Of a DNA stretch of 64,000 nt, positions 60,796-64,000 are shown piece by piece. Numbering within the stretch: position 1 is the stretch's first letter; the number at the start of each line of letters is the position of its first letter. Source of the stretch: Enoplolaimus lenunculus (lineage: Eukaryota); the NCBI GenBank assembly GCA_030248215.1, contig JASANG010004046.1, forward strand, positions 62,001-126,000, read 5' to 3'. The position numbers were made by a program, and so were the translations under genes. Below the pieces are notes generated by a model, which made no database searches, had not been told where the DNA came from, and was given only the letters and a program-made list of their open reading frames with translations.

Positions 60796-63700
60796 GCTAT
60801 AATCGCTCAAAATACGAAAAACCCAGTAATATCCTCATAAGCGGATCCAGAAAGAAGATGGTGTGCGCACCCGTCAGATTTTTTGTGATAAAATACTGAG
60901 GTCCCTACCTTAATACAATTTTCCCCATGAAAAATTTTTTTGTAAAAACATACAATTTTTACCCTCAAATTTTTTGTGATAACTTTACAATTTTTCCTCT
61001 AAGAAAATTTTTCGGTGACAAAACGATATTAATGTCCCTCACAATTATTTTTGTTTTTGTGTTTCATAATAGTCGAAAGCCCGCCCCCCCCCCCCGACAA
61101 AAATGTTTCGACTCGCCTCTGTATATCCTACTGCTAGACTAAATTTGAAAATACTGTCCCGCTTTTTGTATTAAAACTACTTTAATATTCTACGACCACA
61201 ACTGTTGCAATCGTTTGCGTTTTCTTTATTTTCATTCAGAGCCGTACAACAAAATTTAACTTTGCTATTAAATACATTAAAATTTATATTTTAATACTTA
61301 TTATAAAAACATCTCGATTCCATATTGTATTGCGTAAAATATATATTCCAGCTTTACTTGTTATGTTTCAAAGTACGAGCTGTTGCCGGAATCATTAAAA
61401 AAATTTATGCTTTGCATTAAAACCGCCCTTTTGGTTGATTGGTTGCTCGGGCCCAATTCGAAAACTAAACTGCGGCCCGTTTCGATTGTAAATATATTCG
61501 TTTTGCAGCATATTCAGTGACATAAAAGCCTGTTTCAAGTACACGCTACAAAGGTACCAATATAAATAATTTCGCGAGCAAAGCGAGGTTCTACTTTGAA
61601 TCGAATATGTCATATTTAGCCTCGCAACGAGGATTTGGAAACAGAGGGAGCAACGATACAGGGATTTTTCAGTTTTCCCCGCTCCAGCGCGCGTTTGCCC
61701 ACAAATGGTTGGACTTACTGATTTGGCGCAGTACCAAATCGCTGGCGTGTGCCAACTTAGTTATTTTATGGTAATAACTCGTTAGCCAGATGTTTGATTG
61801 TCGAATAGTTAACAGAATTGCACTCAGCTCCGCTGGTTGTGTCGAATGGTATATAATTGTCTAACGTTTTAACAAATACATTTTGAGTCACAAATTGGGA
61901 CCTTGCGTCTTGGGTCCTTAAAAATTCAAAATTTTTTATAAAATCAAATTTTTCAGAAATTTAAATTTTTAGGTCGCGAGATATCAGGAAGGTTATGAGT
62001 AGCTAAAATATGTAACAATTTTCAAAATCCAGCCATTTTTGGGCAAACGCTGGCTGAGGGAAAAGCGAAAAGACCCAATAAATTTGTGCATGCGCCCCAC
62101 CTTTAGGTTCTTCATATCACCGCCCCTGAAAGCTGCTGCTCATCACAACAAATGCTCACACTCTATGGTGTAATATTGACAGTGTTGCTTTTTTGCAGCA
62201 ATCAGTTGCCATTTTTTAAAATTATTGTGTTCACACACAAAAAACGTTTTGTGTAAACATCTAAATTTCAGTATATCTTTCATTTATTTTTTGTTTTGTT
62301 GCTTTGTCTAGTAACATGTCGAGCACACCAAAACTCAACTCCTGTGTGCACTGAAATGACCCGAATAAGAGGGGCGTAATAAGAGGCGGGGTCCCCATTT
62401 TGAGTCCCAATCAATAGGAGTCCGTATCTCTAATAAGAGACGGTATGCAGATAGAGTCCCTAAACACTAAATAGAGTCCATAAAATGTCTATTATCCCTA
62501 ATTGTAGCGCATAAATGACTCCAAGACCAAATAATTTGAGTTCAAAACTTTAAAGCGTACTTAAATTTTGAAAGTACATTCCTAAGTATAACCTTGCATG
62601 ATAATTTAGGAAATGAGTTGAAATTTTCAGACAATTTTTTACTGCGTAAAAGCATAGAATCTGTTGCAGAATGCAATTTTTTTACTAAATTAGGAGCATG
62701 GGATTGTTTTTTGTGGTGAACATGACTTCGATAAACGCCAATAAGGACAGTATTCTACTGGTAATGGCGGATCCATGGGGGCCACCCCGGCCGTGGCCCC
62801 CCAACAGCATCTTGACAAAGATTATATAGTGTCAATTGCTGGTCTACGCTGCGTACACAATAGTATATGCATTCTTTAAAGTTTCGAACTCACCTTTATT
62901 TGGCTTTGGAGTCATTTTATTCGCTACAATTAGGAACAATTGACATTTATGGACTTAATGGGTTTATTGACTCTATCCGCTTACGGCTCGTATTAGGGAT
63001 ACGGACTCCTATTAATTGCAACTCAAATTGGGGACCCAATCTTATTTGGGTCACTACAGTATGTGTCAAAAATAAGTTTATTACGTGTGAAACTTTGGCC
63101 CCCCTCATTTTGAGATCCTGGATTCGCCACTTCTACTGGCATGATGTTTCATAGATAGGATTTTTTCGAAGGTACGTTAATAGTCAATTACTATATATAC
63201 CGCTGTAAAATAGAAACGTAGCCGCATGATACAATATGGTGTGGAAATTTATATTGTCCCACAACTAGAAACGCTTTTACTTAAATATTCCGATATTCTC
63301 AATACAGCTTTGACAATGTCTACTATCTGCTGTGTTGTAAATTTTGCGCAAACAGGGTGACTGAAGACCTCATATTAAAATGGAATATACTTGACGAGAA
63401 ATTTCATTTGAAAGCTGAAACATCCCCCCGCGCGATTCTTACAAATGCTGTCTTGTTTGTAACTAAATATATAACCATATTCTAGCGTATCACCACCGGC
63501 CGACTATATTGCATTGGAAACCTTGAATATATCAAATATTCTGAGCATTTGTGTTCTCAGGTTTCGTTTTCGTAATATATATTTATAGTGCATATATTTC
63601 TATATGCAAGCCGAAACCTATACTGCAGGCCTATAGCCAGGTCACCATGCTTGGAGGTGCTAAACATTTTTCAAGAGGGGCATAAAACGGTTCTTGACGA

Positions 63701-64000
63701 CTTAATACAAGCAAGGTTGAAAAGTTTCAGGAGGTAGAATTTTTCTATTTGAGTTGAGTCGTCTCTGGCTCTCTCTGGCTACGCTCCCGTTATACTGCTG
63801 TCCGTCTAGCAGCTGTTTCAAGTTAATTCGGTACTGCACGGCACTAACGTTGTTTAATCTGCTGCAGATGCTGAGTATTTGTTTTGTTGGGTTTTGTAAA
63901 GGACAGCAAAGCCACATAGCAGCCCTAGATATAATGTATTAGTAGTTACCGCCTTTGAATTTTACGATTGGGTTTTTTTGGAACGAAGTAGTGTGTACAA

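Noticed and set aside
63702..63917. hAT dimerisation-domain remnant
   Set aside because: Only vague resemblance (ILSI...LPPETF); not supportable without a search.

Overview
Repeat-rich animal genomic DNA with spliceosomal introns. TTTCAG-type acceptors, a degenerate TTAGGC tract and a candidate 49-nt intron hint at a nematode or relative, but this is inference. Four protein-coding genes are present. (1) A large minus-strand PRRC2/BAT2-family gene: 15 phase-consistent coding exons from 35766 to 580, about 2,560 codons, probably continuing off the left edge. (2) MED31 (+, 3 exons). (3) A Canopy CNPY3/4-like ER protein ending in KTEL (+). (4) A 458-aa three-exon gene I do not recognise (-). PRRC2 introns hold two box C/D snoRNA candidates with guides against conserved 28S rRNA, a ~2.2-kb palindrome of two truncated Penelope elements, and a degenerate RTE-type LINE whose AP-endonuclease has a PHD finger inserted inside it. 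Nested in that LINE, with a 14-15 bp target-site duplication, is an internally deleted Ingi-type element starting with a compact 58-nt HDV-like ribozyme, then a 2A-like peptide and PHD. The rest is hAT and Harbinger MITEs, DINE/HINE-like elements, a LOA-type relic in MED31 intron 1, tRNA-derived repeats and satellites.
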